DNA from: Dendrobates tinctorius
Lineage: Eukaryota
DNA: 64,000 nucleotides
Assembly: GCF_039654945.1 (NCBI RefSeq)
Contig: NW_027361671.1
Location: forward strand, 91,512,001 to 91,576,000
Reading direction: 5' to 3'
Part shown: piece after piece, positions 51,839-64,000 of the stretch
Layout: each line of letters opens with the position of its first letter
How positions within the stretch are numbered: position 1 is the stretch's first letter
The notes under the pieces: model-generated
Told to the model about the DNA's origin: nothing
What the model saw: only the letters and a program-made list of their open reading frames with translations
Databases searched by the model: none
Translations under genes and position numbers: made by a program

Positions 51839-54400
51839 ATGGCAATTACTCTGATCTGCTCCCTGTCCACATTTTCCGCCAAGGCTTTTGTGGATTCGGG
51901 AGCAGCCCTGAACCTAATGGACTTGGATTTTGCTAAACGTTGTGGATTTCCGATGACACCTCTGCGGACGCCTATCCCTTTGAGGGGGATTGATGCTACT
52001 CCTTTAGCGAAAAATAAACCTCAGTTTTGGACCCAGGTGGTAATGCGGGTCGCCCCAGACCATCAAGAAAATTGCAGATTTTTGGTGTTGCATAATTTAT
52101 ATGATACCATTGTTCTGGGGTTTCCCTGGTTGCAAATTCATAATCCAGTTTTGGATTGGAAATCTGTGTCGGTGGTGAGTTGGGGTTGTCGGTGTGCCCT
52201 TAGTGAGGCTCCATTTTTTTCCACCTCTCCTCAGTCGCATGATGTTCCTGACTATTTGGCGGACTTTTATGATGTATTTAGTGAGAATGAGTCTGCGTCT
52301 TTGCCTCCTCATAGGAGTTATGACTGTGCAATTGAACTGAGCCCGGGGTGTAAATTTCCCAAGGGTCGGCTCTTCAATTTATCTGTACCCGAGCACGAGG
52401 CTATGTGATCCTATATTAAGGAGGCATTGGAGAAGGGTCATATTAGACCATCCTCTTCACCCTTAGGTGCCGGGTTTTTTTTCGTGGCCAAAAAGGATAG
52501 TTCATTAAGGCCTTGTATTGATTATCGTGCCCTCAACAAAATTACTATTAAATATCAGTATCCGTTACCCCTGATTTCGGATCTATTCTCCAGAGTTAAA
52601 GGTGCTTGCTGGTTTACCAAGCTTGACCTCAGGGGGCGTATAATCTTATCCGCATTAAGCATGGGGATGAATGGAAGATGGCGTTTAATACTCCGGAGGG
52701 ACATTTTGAGTACCTGGTGATGCCTTTTGGGCTCACTAATGCCCCTTCTGTCTTCCAGTGCTTCATGAACGACATTTTCCGAGACTTTGTGGATAAATTT
52801 TTGGTTATCTATCTGGATGATATTTTGATCTTCTCCAAGGATTGGGACTCTTATGTGGAACATGTTCGGACTGTGTTCCGGATCTTGAGGGAAAATTCCC
52901 TATATGTCAAAGGATCGAAATGCCTTTTTGGGGTACAGAGGATTTCATTTTTGGGATTCATTTTGTCTCCGTCAACTATTGAAATGGACCCGGCCAAGGT
53001 ACAGGCCATTTATGATTGGGTTCAGCCCACTTCTTTGAAGGCCCTCCAGAAGTTTTTGGGTTTTGCTAATTTTTATCGGAAATTTATAGCAAAATTTTTT
53101 AGTATTGCCAAGCCATTGACTGATCTGACTAAGAAGGGTGCTGATGTGTTGAATTGGTCTCCGGAGGCTGTTTCTTCCTTTCAGGAGCTGAAGCGAAGAT
53201 TCACTTCTGCCCCGGTTTTACGGCAACCTGATGTCTCACTCCCGTTCCAGGTAGAGGTGGACGCTTCTGAGATTGGTGCAGGAGCTGTTTTGTCCCAAAA
53301 GGATCCTGTAACATCTAAAATGAATCCATGTGCTTTCTTTTCCCGAAAGTTCTCTCCATCTGAACGTAACTATGATGTGGGGAATCGGGAACTGTTAGCC
53401 ATGAAATGGGCATTTGAGGAGTGGAGACATTGGTTGGAGGGAGCTAAACATCAAGTCGTGGTCCTCACTGACCACAAGAATTTGATTTACCTGGAGTCGG
53501 CCAAACGCTTGAACCCTAGACAGGCTAGGTGGGCCTTGTTTTTTACACATTTTGATTTTGTGGTCTCTTTTCTTCCTGGCACTAAGAATGTCAAGGCAGA
53601 CGCCCTCTCTAGGAGCTTCTTTGCCGATTCTCCTGTGGTGACCAAGCCTGCTACCATCTTAGGCGAAGGGGTAGTTCTTTCTGCCATCTCGCCCGATTTG
53701 AGACGTGCTCTGGAAGAGTTCCAGGAGGACAAACCGGAGCGTTGTCCCAGTGGAAAGTTGTATGTTCCTGACCAGTGGAAGAAGAGAGTGATGTCTGAAT
53801 TTCATTGCTCTGAGCTAGTTCTGCCACTTTGATATCACCTTTTTTTTGTAACTTTGGGTTTCATCCTCGATTTTCTTCAGGGCAGGTGGAGCCTTCTGCC
53901 TGCCCAGGTGTTGACACTGTGGTGGAGAGAATGCACCAGATTTGGGACCAAGTGGTGGATAAGTTATCTCTCTCTCAGGAAAAGGCCCAGCGGTTTTCCA
54001 ACCGACATAGGACCATTGGTCCCCAGTTTAAGGTGGGTGATATGGTTTGGTTATCATCAAAAAATATCGCTATGAAGGTGGCTTCTCCTAAGTTTAAGCC
54101 TAGATTTATTGGACCTTACAAGATTTTGGAGATTATTAATCCGGTCTCTTTTCGTTTGGCTCTTCCTGTCACATTTAAAATTCATAATGTGTTTCATAAG
54201 TCCTTGTTGAAGAGGTTTGTTGAACCAGTTGTTCCTGGGGTGGCACCTCCGGACCCTGTATTAGTTGAAGGTATGAAGGTAACATGGAATATGAGGTAGA
54301 GAAGATACTGGATTCCCGTCTGGCTAGACGGAGACTCCAGTATTTGGTTAAGTGGAAGGAATTAAGTGGAAGTGATCGTCCTGGTGGCGTGGATGAGGGT
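51839..54400 (+). pseudogene. Chromovirus-type Gypsy pol (PR, RT, RH, deleted IN, chromodomain)
   Basis: [24 protein letters not shown]...RELLA...TDHKNL, FIGPY, EYEVEKILDSR...QYLVKWK. Confidence 0.9.
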
Positions 54401-54429
54401 TCGGTGACCCCTCCTCAAGGGGGAGGTAC

Positions 54430-55228
54430 TGTTGTGAGTTCATTTTCCCCTTCACCATTGAGGTCTGATGAACTCCCTCTTCTGGTGAAGGAAGGTAGTG
54501 AGGCTGATTACAAAGCACTTGAGCAGAATGATGATGACTGGGTGACTGAAATTGCTGACTGGATATAAGGCAGCCGACACCCTTCTGCCTTGCGGGTGAT
54601 TTCTCTGAGGGATTCTAGGAGACCTGTCTGATTCCTGCTCCTCAAAAGCTAAGTTTTCTGCTCTGCTTTTTGCATTTGTGTTTTGGTTTTGTTTTGCCTT
54701 GTTTTTCTGGATTTCTGCCTTCCCCTGCTGGGTGAGCTGAATTCCTTTTTGCTCTGTCTCCAGAAAATACCTGAGTACTGATATAGTCTTTTTGAAGCCT
54801 AGCGTCTTCAGGGCTTTTTTCCCTATCAGTCTGTTGGCTCTTGTTTTTGAGAGGGTTTTGGCGGATTGCAGACAGCAGCTTTTCTATTCTGTCCTATTTA
54901 GTTAGCTTGGGCCCCATCATTTGCTCAGCCTATCTTTCTATCTGTGTGAGTGTTTTTTCATCTTGCTTCACCGTCATTATATGTTGGGGGCTGCCTATTG
55001 CTTTGGGGTCTGCTCTGGGGCAGTTTAGATTTCCCTTTCTGTCTTTAGGCTATGTAGTTCTCCGGCTGTGATCGAGGGGTCTAGGGCACCGTAGGAACCC
55101 CCCACGGCTACTGCTAGTTGTTGTTGTTAGGTTCAGGGGTCTGCAATCCGATAGCTGCCAACTTCTCTGGTTTTCTGGACTTAGCTAGTATTTCTGTTTT
55201 TGCCTCCTACGGTGACTCATTCATAACA
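54430..55228 (+). mobile_element. 3' LTR of the chromovirus element
   Basis: PPT AAGGGGGAGG precedes TGTTGTGA; ends TCATAACA. Confidence 0.85.
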
Positions 55229-58200
55229 GGGAGCCCCTGATGTACCTAAACAGTGGAAATCCCCCACAAGTGACCCCATTTTGGAAACTAGACCCCCCAA
55301 GGAACTTATCTAGATATGTGGTGAGACCTTTGAACTCACAAGGGCTTCACAGAAGTTTATAACATACAGCCGTACAATTAAAAAATCATATTTTTTTCAC
55401 AAAAATGATCTTTTCACCCTCAATTTTTATTTTTCCAAGGGTAACAGGATGCCAAAAGTAATTGTGCAATTTGTCCTGAGTACGCTGATACCCCATATGC
55501 GGGGGTAAACCACTATTTGGGCGCATGGCAGAGCTCGGAAGTGAAGCAGCGCCATTTGACTTTTTTGGCTGGAATTGTGATTGGACGCCATGACGCGTTT
55601 GGAAAGCCCCTGATGTGCCTAAACAGTGGAAACCCCCACAAATGACACCATTTTGGAAACTAGACCCCCTAAGGAACTTATCTAGATGTGTGGTGAGCAC
55701 TTTGAGCCCCCCAGTGCTTCATAGAAGCTTATAACGCCCAGGCATGAACATAAAAAAATCATATTTTTTCCACAAACATGGTCTTTTAGTCCCCAATTTA
55801 TTTATTTTCCCAAGGGTAACAGGAGAAATTGGAGCCCAAAAGTTGTTGTCCAATTTGTCCTGAGTACCCTGATACCCCATATGTGGGAGAAAACTACTGT
55901 ATGGGCACATGTCGGGGCTCGGAAGGGAAGTAGTGACGTTTTGGAATGCAGACTTTGATGGAATGGTCTGCTGGTGTCATATTGCCTTTGGAGAGCTCCT
56001 GATGTACCTAAACGGTGAAAACCCCTCACAAGTGACCCCATTTTGGAAACTAGACCACCTAAGGAACTTATCTAGATGTGTGGTGAGCACTTTGAACCCC
56101 CCAGTGCTTCACAGAAGTTTATAACGCCCGGGCGTGAAAATAAAAATATCATATTTTTTCCACAAACATGGTCTTTTAGTCCCCAATTTTTTTATTTTCC
56201 CAAGGGTAACAGGAGAAATTGGACCCCAGCAGTTGTTGTCCAATTTGTCCTGAGTACGCTGATACCCCATATGTGGGAGAAAACTACTGTATGGGGACAC
56301 GTCGGGGCTCGGAAGGGAAGTAGTGACGTTTTGGAATGCAGACTTTGATGGAATGGTTTCGGGTGTCATGTTGCGTTTGGAGAGCCTCTGATGTACCTAA
56401 ACAGTGGAAACCCCCCACAAATAACCCCATTTTGGAAACTAGACCCCCCAACGGAACTTATCTAGATGTGTGGTGAGCACTTTGAACCCCCAAGTGCTTC
56501 ACAGAAGTTTATAACGTCCGGACGTGAAAATAAAAAAATCATTTTTTACCACAAAAATGATATTATGCCCCCAATTTTTTATTTTCCTAAGGGTAACAGG
56601 AGAAATTGGACCCCAAAAGTTGTTTTGCAATTTGTCCTGAGTAGGCTGATACCCCATATGTGGGGGTAAACCACTGTTTGGGCGCATGACAGAGGTTGGA
56701 AGGGAAGGAGCACCATTTGACTTTTTCAATGCAGAATTGGCTGGAATTGAGATCAGACGCCATGTTACGTTTGGAGAGCGCCTGATGTGCCCAAACAGTG
56801 GAAACCCCCCAATTCTAACTCCAACCCTAACCCCAACACACCTCTAGCCCTAACCCTAGTCCTAACCCTAGCCCTAACCCTAGCCCTAACCCTAGCCCTA
56901 ACCGTAGCCCTAACCCTAAAGGGAAAATGGAAAAAAATACATTTTTTTTAATTTTATTATTTTTCCCTAACTAAGGGGGTGATAACGGGGGGTTTGATTT
57001 ACTATTTATGGTGGGTTTTTATGTTTGGCAGCTGACGCACGCTAAAAGACGCTTTTTATTGTAAAAATAGTTTTTGCATCACCACAGTTTGAGACCTATA
57101 ATTTTTCCGTATTTTGACCCACAGAGTCTTGTGAGGTCTTATTTTTTGCGGGACGAGTTGACGTTTTTATTGGTACCATTTTCGGGCACGTGACATTTTT
57201 TGATCGCTTTTTATTCCAATTTTTGGGACGCAAAATGAACAAAAGCCAGCATTTCAAGAATGTATTTAGGGGGGTGCGTTTAAACTGTTCCGCGTGCAGT
57301 AAAATTGATAAGGCGGTTTTATTCTTCGGGTCAGTACGGTTACAGCGATACCTCATTTATGTCTTTTTTTATGTTTTGGCGCTTTTATGCAATGAAAACA
57401 ATTTTATATAAAAAATAATTATTTTTGCTTCACTTTATTCTGCGAACTATAACTTTTTTATTTTTTCGCTGATGACGCTGTATGGCAGCTCATTTTTTGC
57501 GGGACAAGATGATGTTTTCAGCGGTACCATGGATATTTATATGCGTCTTTTTGATCGCGCGTTATTGCACTTTTTGTTTGGCGATATGATAATAAATCAT
57601 TATTTTTTGCTTCGTTTTTTATTTTTATTTTTTAAGGGGTTCGCTAAAGGGGTTAGCTAATGAGACAGTTTTATAGGGCGGGTCGTTACGGAGGCGGCGA
57701 TACCAAATATGTGTACTTTTATTGGTTTTTTTTTATTTGCAAAAAATGAATTTATTAGGGAATATTTTTTTTTTTTATTTACTGAGCGATTTTTTAAAAA
57801 TTATTTTTACTTTTTTTTTTAACTTTATTACATTGTCCCAGGGGGGACATAGCTGTCATGTGACAGATCGCTGATCTGTCACATCACAAGATCACTGTGA
57901 CAGATCAGCGATCTGTCACAGGCATAGAAACAGACTTCCTCATGCTTGCGCTTTGCAGGCACTGAGGAAGCCAGCTCCCTGCCAGCCCCCGAAGGTCCCC
58001 GTCACCATCTTGGCTCCGGGGACCTGCAGGGAAGGAGACCCCCGCAGCAGCGCTGCACATTGCGCTGCTATGGGGGGCTCAGGGAAGCACGGAGGGAGCC
58101 CCTCCCTGCCAATGCTTCCCTTTAATCCCCGGTACACCACGATCGTGTTTGATCGCGGTGTGCAAGGGGTTAACGTGTCGGGGGCGGTCCGTGACCACCC

Positions 58201-58311
58201 TTGACACATAGTGCTTTGTGTCAGCTGTGATAATCAGCGCTAGACATACTATCCCGTCCATGGGCATAGGGGCCCGGATCCCATGGATGGGATTCTGATG
58301 TCAGAAAGGGG
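55229..58311. mobile_element. piggyBac-type non-autonomous element (one end) with ~390-bp tandem array and (CCCTAA)n
   Basis: Unit anchor at 55279, 55651, 56041, 56430; telomere-like 56815-56920; ends AAAGGGG-TTAA. Confidence 0.75.
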
Positions 58312-59014
58312 TTAAAATACAAATTTACAATAAACAACATTTCAGCACAGAGAAAATATTATTGGACTATTACAAAATAAACTGAGAAATATTCACGGCA
58401 CACTCTTGATAGATGTTTGTGAAAATTTTATTGTATAGATGCAGCAAAAACACAATTCAGGTGCAGGGATAGAGGAAATGGTGAGGTGACAACAACATAC
58501 TGTAACATTTCGACCCTCACAGGGTATTATTCCTACAGTCGCTGTAGAAGAAAAACTAGGTATGAGAGATCAATTCCGTAATAAAAACTACTAATAAAAT
58601 TACAAATAAACTACAAATAAAATTACAAACAAAAAAAACCAGATAAATAAAATACAAGTATACACCTGGTAAAAAAGATTACAAGAAGCAAAGTAATGAT
58701 GATTCAAAGCATAATTGTAGTCATGTATAGGTCTGGAATACGCCATAGGAACCATTAAATAACGTGGCAAAACAAAAAAAGGCAAAAAAAATTGCAATCC
58801 CTTAAAGGGAAAAGGGTACAAGACTCAAATGTCAAGATCAATATGACTGGATATTTTTAAATATAGGGGAATTCCCCCCAATTGACAGTGTCATAAATAC
58901 TTGGTAGGGTGTATAACCTTATCCTAAGATGTGCCCAATCAATGTCAAGTTAAATCAGAGTAAGGAAAGATGTAGCCCATACTACCTGTTGGCAAGGTTC
59001 ACTGAACGGTTTAA

Positions 59015-59828
59015 GGCTATGTGCACACGTGGGAAATCCGCATGCGGAATTCCCGCGAAAAACTAGTGTTTTGCAAGTGGAATTAGCTTGCAGAATGCTA
59101 GCGTTTTCCAAGCGATCTGTAGCATCCCTTGGAAAACTGATTGACAGGTTGGTCACACTTTTCAAACATAGTGTTTGACAAGTGTGAACAACTTTGTACA
59201 ATTGAGGCTGACTATGCACCATCAGTAGTAAAAAGATAAAATGTTAAAAATAATTTAAAAAAAAAAAATTTGTGATATACTCACCTTCCGGCGTAACCCG
59301 CAGCGTTCCCAGGCCTCAGAGATGCTCCCGGCAAGTCCCGTTCCCAGCGATGTCTTGCAACAATGACACCAGATGACGTAGCATCACACGAGACCGCTAC
59401 GTCATCACAGGTCATTGTCGCAAGGTATTACTGGGAATGGGACTTACCGGGAGCATCGCTGAGGCCTGGGAATGATGCGTGGGATGCCGGAAGGTGAGAA
59501 TATCACGATTTTTTATTTTAATTCTTTTTGTAACAGGGATATGGTACCCAGGACCTGGAGAAGAGTCTCCTCTTTTCCAGACCCTGGGTACCCTCCGCAC
59601 ATGATCCGCTTACTTTGCGCATGGTGAGCATAGCCACATGCGGAAAGTAAGCAGATCAATGCTTTCCTATGTGTGCGGAATCCCCGCGAATCTGCACAAA
59701 GAATGAGAATAATACGCAGCAATAGCACAACATGGGCGGAATGCCATTGTATTCAATGGGTTGCTTTTTATATGCGTTTTTGCGGCAAAAAAAATGCGGC
59801 ATAAAATCGGAAACGTGTGCACATAGCC
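59015..59828. mobile_element. Harbinger-type MITE
   Basis: Perfect TIRs GGCTATGTGCACACGT, TAA/TTA flanks. Confidence 0.85.
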
Positions 59829-60289
59829 TTAGGGATATTCTGATTGCAAAGGACACCTGTTGTAGGAAAGGGGATTTAGTGCTCATAGGAAAAATAAGCA
59901 GAGTGGATTGTAGGCTGCAAAGTGCAGTATGGATGCATGGGTGGCTATAAATAGTGTGCTGAAGAGGCCACCTGACCAGCAGTGTGCAGGTGAGTTCACG
60001 CCCCCAAGAAATTATGTCGTTGCCGAAATAACCCGAATGAGGCTTGGAACTAAAAAAAAAACGCAAAAAGAATTGTGGCATGAACAGTGGTATAACCACT
60101 AAAGTAGACCAGATAACTGGTTCTACAAGTGATGAAATCACAAACATGATGCTAGATGGGACCAATCTGTAAACGATTACCTGTCATATGAAAGGGACAA
60201 AAAGAGCAATGTCCACATTTGTGATTGCCTTTTGCGGTACTTGGTCTCAGCCAGTCCCTCTGATCATTCCTAACCCGATTCCGCATTAA

Positions 60290-61155
60290 AATGTCCCTCA
60301 GACTAGTCGAACATCTACATGCAAAAAAGAGGACCCGTTGCCACGATTTCCGATGTCACACCATCTTTTTCAAACATGTGCCAATTTTTTCCGGATTATA
60401 GACCGAATGCTATTGTCCATAGGACCAAATTTAAAGCTGAAAACAAATCTTTTCTCTTTTTTCCGCTTGTTTTTTTGTTGATCCAGACAGAGACTACCAT
60501 TTAAAGGGTTCTGCGAAATATTAACCGTTCTACCCAAGGCTAAATCTAAGGTCGATTTAGGATATCCTCTGTTTTGGAATCTTTGATAAAGATCCAAAGA
60601 TTGATTTTTAAAACTCTCAACTGCTATTAATTCTCTTGAGTCTCATAAATTGGCTGTACGGTAACAATTGTTTAGCGTAATAAGCATGAGCAATATTAAA
60701 ATATAAGAGGGCATTGCTTGAGGACGGTTTGCGGTAAACCACAGTGACAAAAATTCCAATGAAGATCCCCCAAATTTGGATATAAATTTCATATTCATAT
60801 CATTGGAACGGTTCAGGTGCTCCACAAAATTCGTGAAGGTCTCCTCAGAACTGTCCCACACCATGAAGACATCGTCCACAAATTGTAAATAAAGTTTTAT
60901 GTGTTTCAAATATTCGTTCCTTGAAGAATATACATATCTTTCCTCAAAAACTGCGAGGAATAAATTTGCAAAAGTACATGGCACTAGGGTCCCCATCACG
61001 GTACCCATCCTTTGTATATACCCTGTATCACCAAATTTAAAGGCATTGTGTTCAAGTATGAATTGCAGACCTTCGCCCACAAAATTTACAAAATCTAATC
61101 CCTTTTTTGTATTAATCAAGATTTATCTAATATCCTCCACTCCTTCCTTTTGTGG
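60290..61155 (-). pseudogene. Penelope RT fragment (pLTR remnant extends to ~58460)
   Basis: ILEHNAFKF, GTVMGT, FANLFL, FVDDVF and RFQNRGYP motifs. Confidence 0.8.
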
Positions 61156-61157
61156 TA

Positions 61158-62055
61158 CAGTTAGGTCCATATATATTTGGACAGAGACAACATTTTTCTA
61201 ATTTTGGTTCTAGACATTACCACAATGAATTTTAAACAAAACAATTCAGATGCTGTTGAAGTTCAGACTTTCAGCTTTCATTTGAGGGTATCCGCATTAA
61301 AATTGGATGAAGGGTTTAGGAGTTTCAGCTCCTTAACATGTGCCACCCTGTTTTTAAAGGGACCAAAAGTAATTGGACAATTGACTCCAAGGCTATTTCA
61401 TGGACAGGTGTGGGCAGTCCATTTGTTATGTCATTCTCAATTAAGCAGATAAAAGGCCTGGAGTTAATTTGAGGTGTGGTGCTTGCATTTGGAAGGTTTT
61501 GCTGTGAAGGAAACACGCGGTCAAAGGAGCTCTCCATGCAGGTGAAACAAGCCATCCTTAAGTTACAAAAACAGAAAAAACCCATCCGAGAAATTGCTAC
61601 AACATTAGGAGTGGCAAAATCTACAGTTTGGTACATCCTGAGAAAGAAAGAAAGCACTGGTAAACTCATCAATGCAAAAAGACCTGGGCGCCCACGGAAG
61701 ACAACAGTGGTGGATGATCGCAGAATAGTCTCCCATGGTGAAGAGAAACCCCTTCACAACAGCCAACCAAGTGAACAACACTCTCCAGGAGGTAGGCATA
61801 TCAATATCCAAATCTACCATAAAGAGAAGACTGCATGAAAGTAAATACAGAGGGTTCACTGCACGGTGCAAGCCACTCATAAGCATCAAGAATAAAAAGG
61901 CTAGACTGGACTTTGTTAAGAAACCTCTAAAAAAGCCAGCACAGTTCTTGAAGAACATTCTTTGGACAGATGAAACCAAGATCAACCTCTACCAGAATGA
62001 TGGAAAGAGAAAAGTATGGCGAAGGCATGGTACAGCTCATGATCCAAAGCATACC
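61158..62055 (+). mobile_element. Tc1 element, 3'-truncated
   Basis: TA-CAGTTAGGTCC TIR; GRPRKTT and WTDETKIN transposase motifs. Confidence 0.85.
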
Positions 62056-62193
62056 AGCGGCCACCGGGGGGAAAAACTGACATTAACCCCCGATGGCCAG
62101 AAAGGAAAAAAGTTTAAATGTGAGTAGCCAAAACTGACAGATCCAAAAATGGATAGTGACAGTACCCCCTTACAATGAGGGGCCTCTAGACCC

Positions 62194-62600
62194 TCAACAC
62201 CTCACCTCTCTGGAAAACCACCTACAGTGAGGATGCCTAGATCCACCAGAGTTCACCTCAGCAACCACCTGACTCTCAGAGTCATGGCAAACATGGACAG
62301 ATGGAGGTGACAATGTATGCTCCGGAGGCACCACAAATCTCCAGAGCGCCGACCTGGGGAATGAGTTGTGTATGGGCATTACTGGGGGTAACTCCAGCTG
62401 GTAAGTCCCCGGGCCGAGAATGGCCGACACACGATACGGCCCGATCACCCAAGAACGCCAGATCCCTGCAGCACACTTCCCCCCAATGTTTTTGGTGGAC
62501 ACCCATACATACTCGTTCACACACAGGTCCGGACCTGAACGTTTATTGCCACACACATGTTTGCCACAAGACGGTGAACTCTTCCAGGAACTGACAACAG
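62194..62600 (-). pseudogene. Gypsy integrase C-terminal remnant
   Basis: VWVSTKNI...IGPY...YQLELP...IHNSF motif. Confidence 0.6.
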
Positions 62601-63489
62601 AGACGTCCCCCAGTGTCATCACACTCACACCCCCACAATTCACAGAGGTAACCACCACCCTCCTCCGACCCCTCCTCCTATGAGGACTCCGCCTCTCAGG
62701 GTTGGCTAATGGCGAGGGCCAGGGCCGGATTAAGGTTGGTGGGGGCCCTGGGCAGAAAATCTGGTGGGGGCCCCCATATCATTAACATTTTAGCCATAAC
62801 AGTAGAGCGCGAACTGTAGCACAGTTGTACAATCTAATCTTATCCTCTTGTTCTGCCACATTCAGATTTACAGTACTACAATAGAGATACAGTCCAGGAT
62901 AACTCAAAGCAGTCCAATTATAGACAGAAAGAGTTACTCACATTTTTTTTATTGAACCCAATGTTAAGACAGCCAAGGAATAATAAAAATGCAGAAAGGG
63001 AAAGTTTTCACCGGCAGCAATTGTTGCTAACTACTGTATAACAATATGCTCTCTATTGTATTATCTCCGGAGTACAGCTCCCCCCCCCACGCAAGGGTAT
63101 ACAGCTCTTGCCCCCTACAAGGGTATACAGGCAGCTTTCCCCCCCATGGGAATACAACTCCCCCCCAACGGGTATACAGCTCTTGCCCCATACAAGGGTT
63201 TACAGGCAGCTGTCCCCCCCCCAAGGTTATACAGTTCTCCAATGTTTCGTCTTTATACAGTTCCCTCCTCCAGGTATACAGGCCCAAATGTACAGCTCCC
63301 CTTTCGCGCATACAGCTCCCCCGATCAATATATAGCTAGCTGGAGCCTGGAGGCAAGGGGGTTAATCACCGTGGCGCTGCAGAGTTGATTGGCTGGTACA
63401 CAGCAGGCGGCGGGCGCACGATGCTCGTGAACGCGGCGAGCAGGCAGAGGAGATCCACAGGACAGGAGGCGTGACAGGAGAGGAGGCGT

Positions 63490-63660
63490 GACAGAAAGAA
63501 AGAACAGAGAAAAAAGAAAACAGAGAAAGAAAGAACAGAGAGAGAGAAAGAAAGAATGGAAAGAAAGAACAGAGAAAGAAAGAAAAGAAAGAAGAAAGAA
63601 CAGAGAGAGAGAGAGAGAAAAAAAAAGAAAGATTAGAGAGATAAAGAAACAGAGATAGAA
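63490..63660. repeat. AG-rich simple repeat
   Basis: Directly visible. Confidence 0.9.
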
Positions 63661-64000
63661 AGATTCTATAAAGATACTATAGCAGCCCGGCTCCCACTGT
63701 AGTGCCCACCTGAGCCTCCCGATGCAGGAAATATAACGATCCGCTCACATGGCCGACATCCCCAAGTTCAAGGCGATCCTGCTGTCCGCGCTGTTGGAGG
63801 AGGACATGGTGATGGATCTGAAGCATTCCCTAAAGTGCCTCCATGGTTCCGTCACAATCTCCTCCCGAAATTACCTAATTTCCGGTCAGCTTCTAGCACA
63901 TCACTTCCGGTGGAACGTCACATGTGAATTTTAAAGTGCTCCTCGGGGCTCCGCCGTGTACTCCTGTGTCCGCACGAAAAGTAAGCTCCCAGCCGGGGCA

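Noticed and set aside
55229-56810. CRISPR-like regular repeats
   Set aside because: Whole ~390-bp units repeat with no unique spacers and no cas genes; eukaryotic transposon-internal satellite.

Overview
Eukaryotic, repeat-saturated vertebrate DNA. The transposon inventory (Kolobok/T2, Harbinger and piggyBac-type MITEs, Tc1, Penelope, Tx1, Gypsy) points to an anuran amphibian; this is inferred from family resemblance only. No host gene can be confidently called, and most of the ORF track is transposon- or low-complexity-derived. Main contents: (1) a near full-length but degenerate L1-Tx1 LINE (16286-21553) inserted exactly into the GAAA catalytic core of a hammerhead ribozyme that belongs to a ~327-bp satellite-2/retrozyme-like unit with snRNA-type promoter motifs; (2) a pol-less LTR element (27041-30673) carrying a cold-shock-domain-like ORF; (3) an apparently intact autonomous Harbinger transposon (31619-36812) with a 2-exon DDE transposase and a 7-exon MADF/Myb-like gene; (4) two Penelope elements and several Penelope-derived, hammerhead-bearing insertions; (5) a Gmr1-type Gypsy element, a chromovirus remnant, a solo LTR, Tc1 copies and many nested MITEs. 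There is one assembly gap (37463-37591). All calls were made by eye, without database searches.
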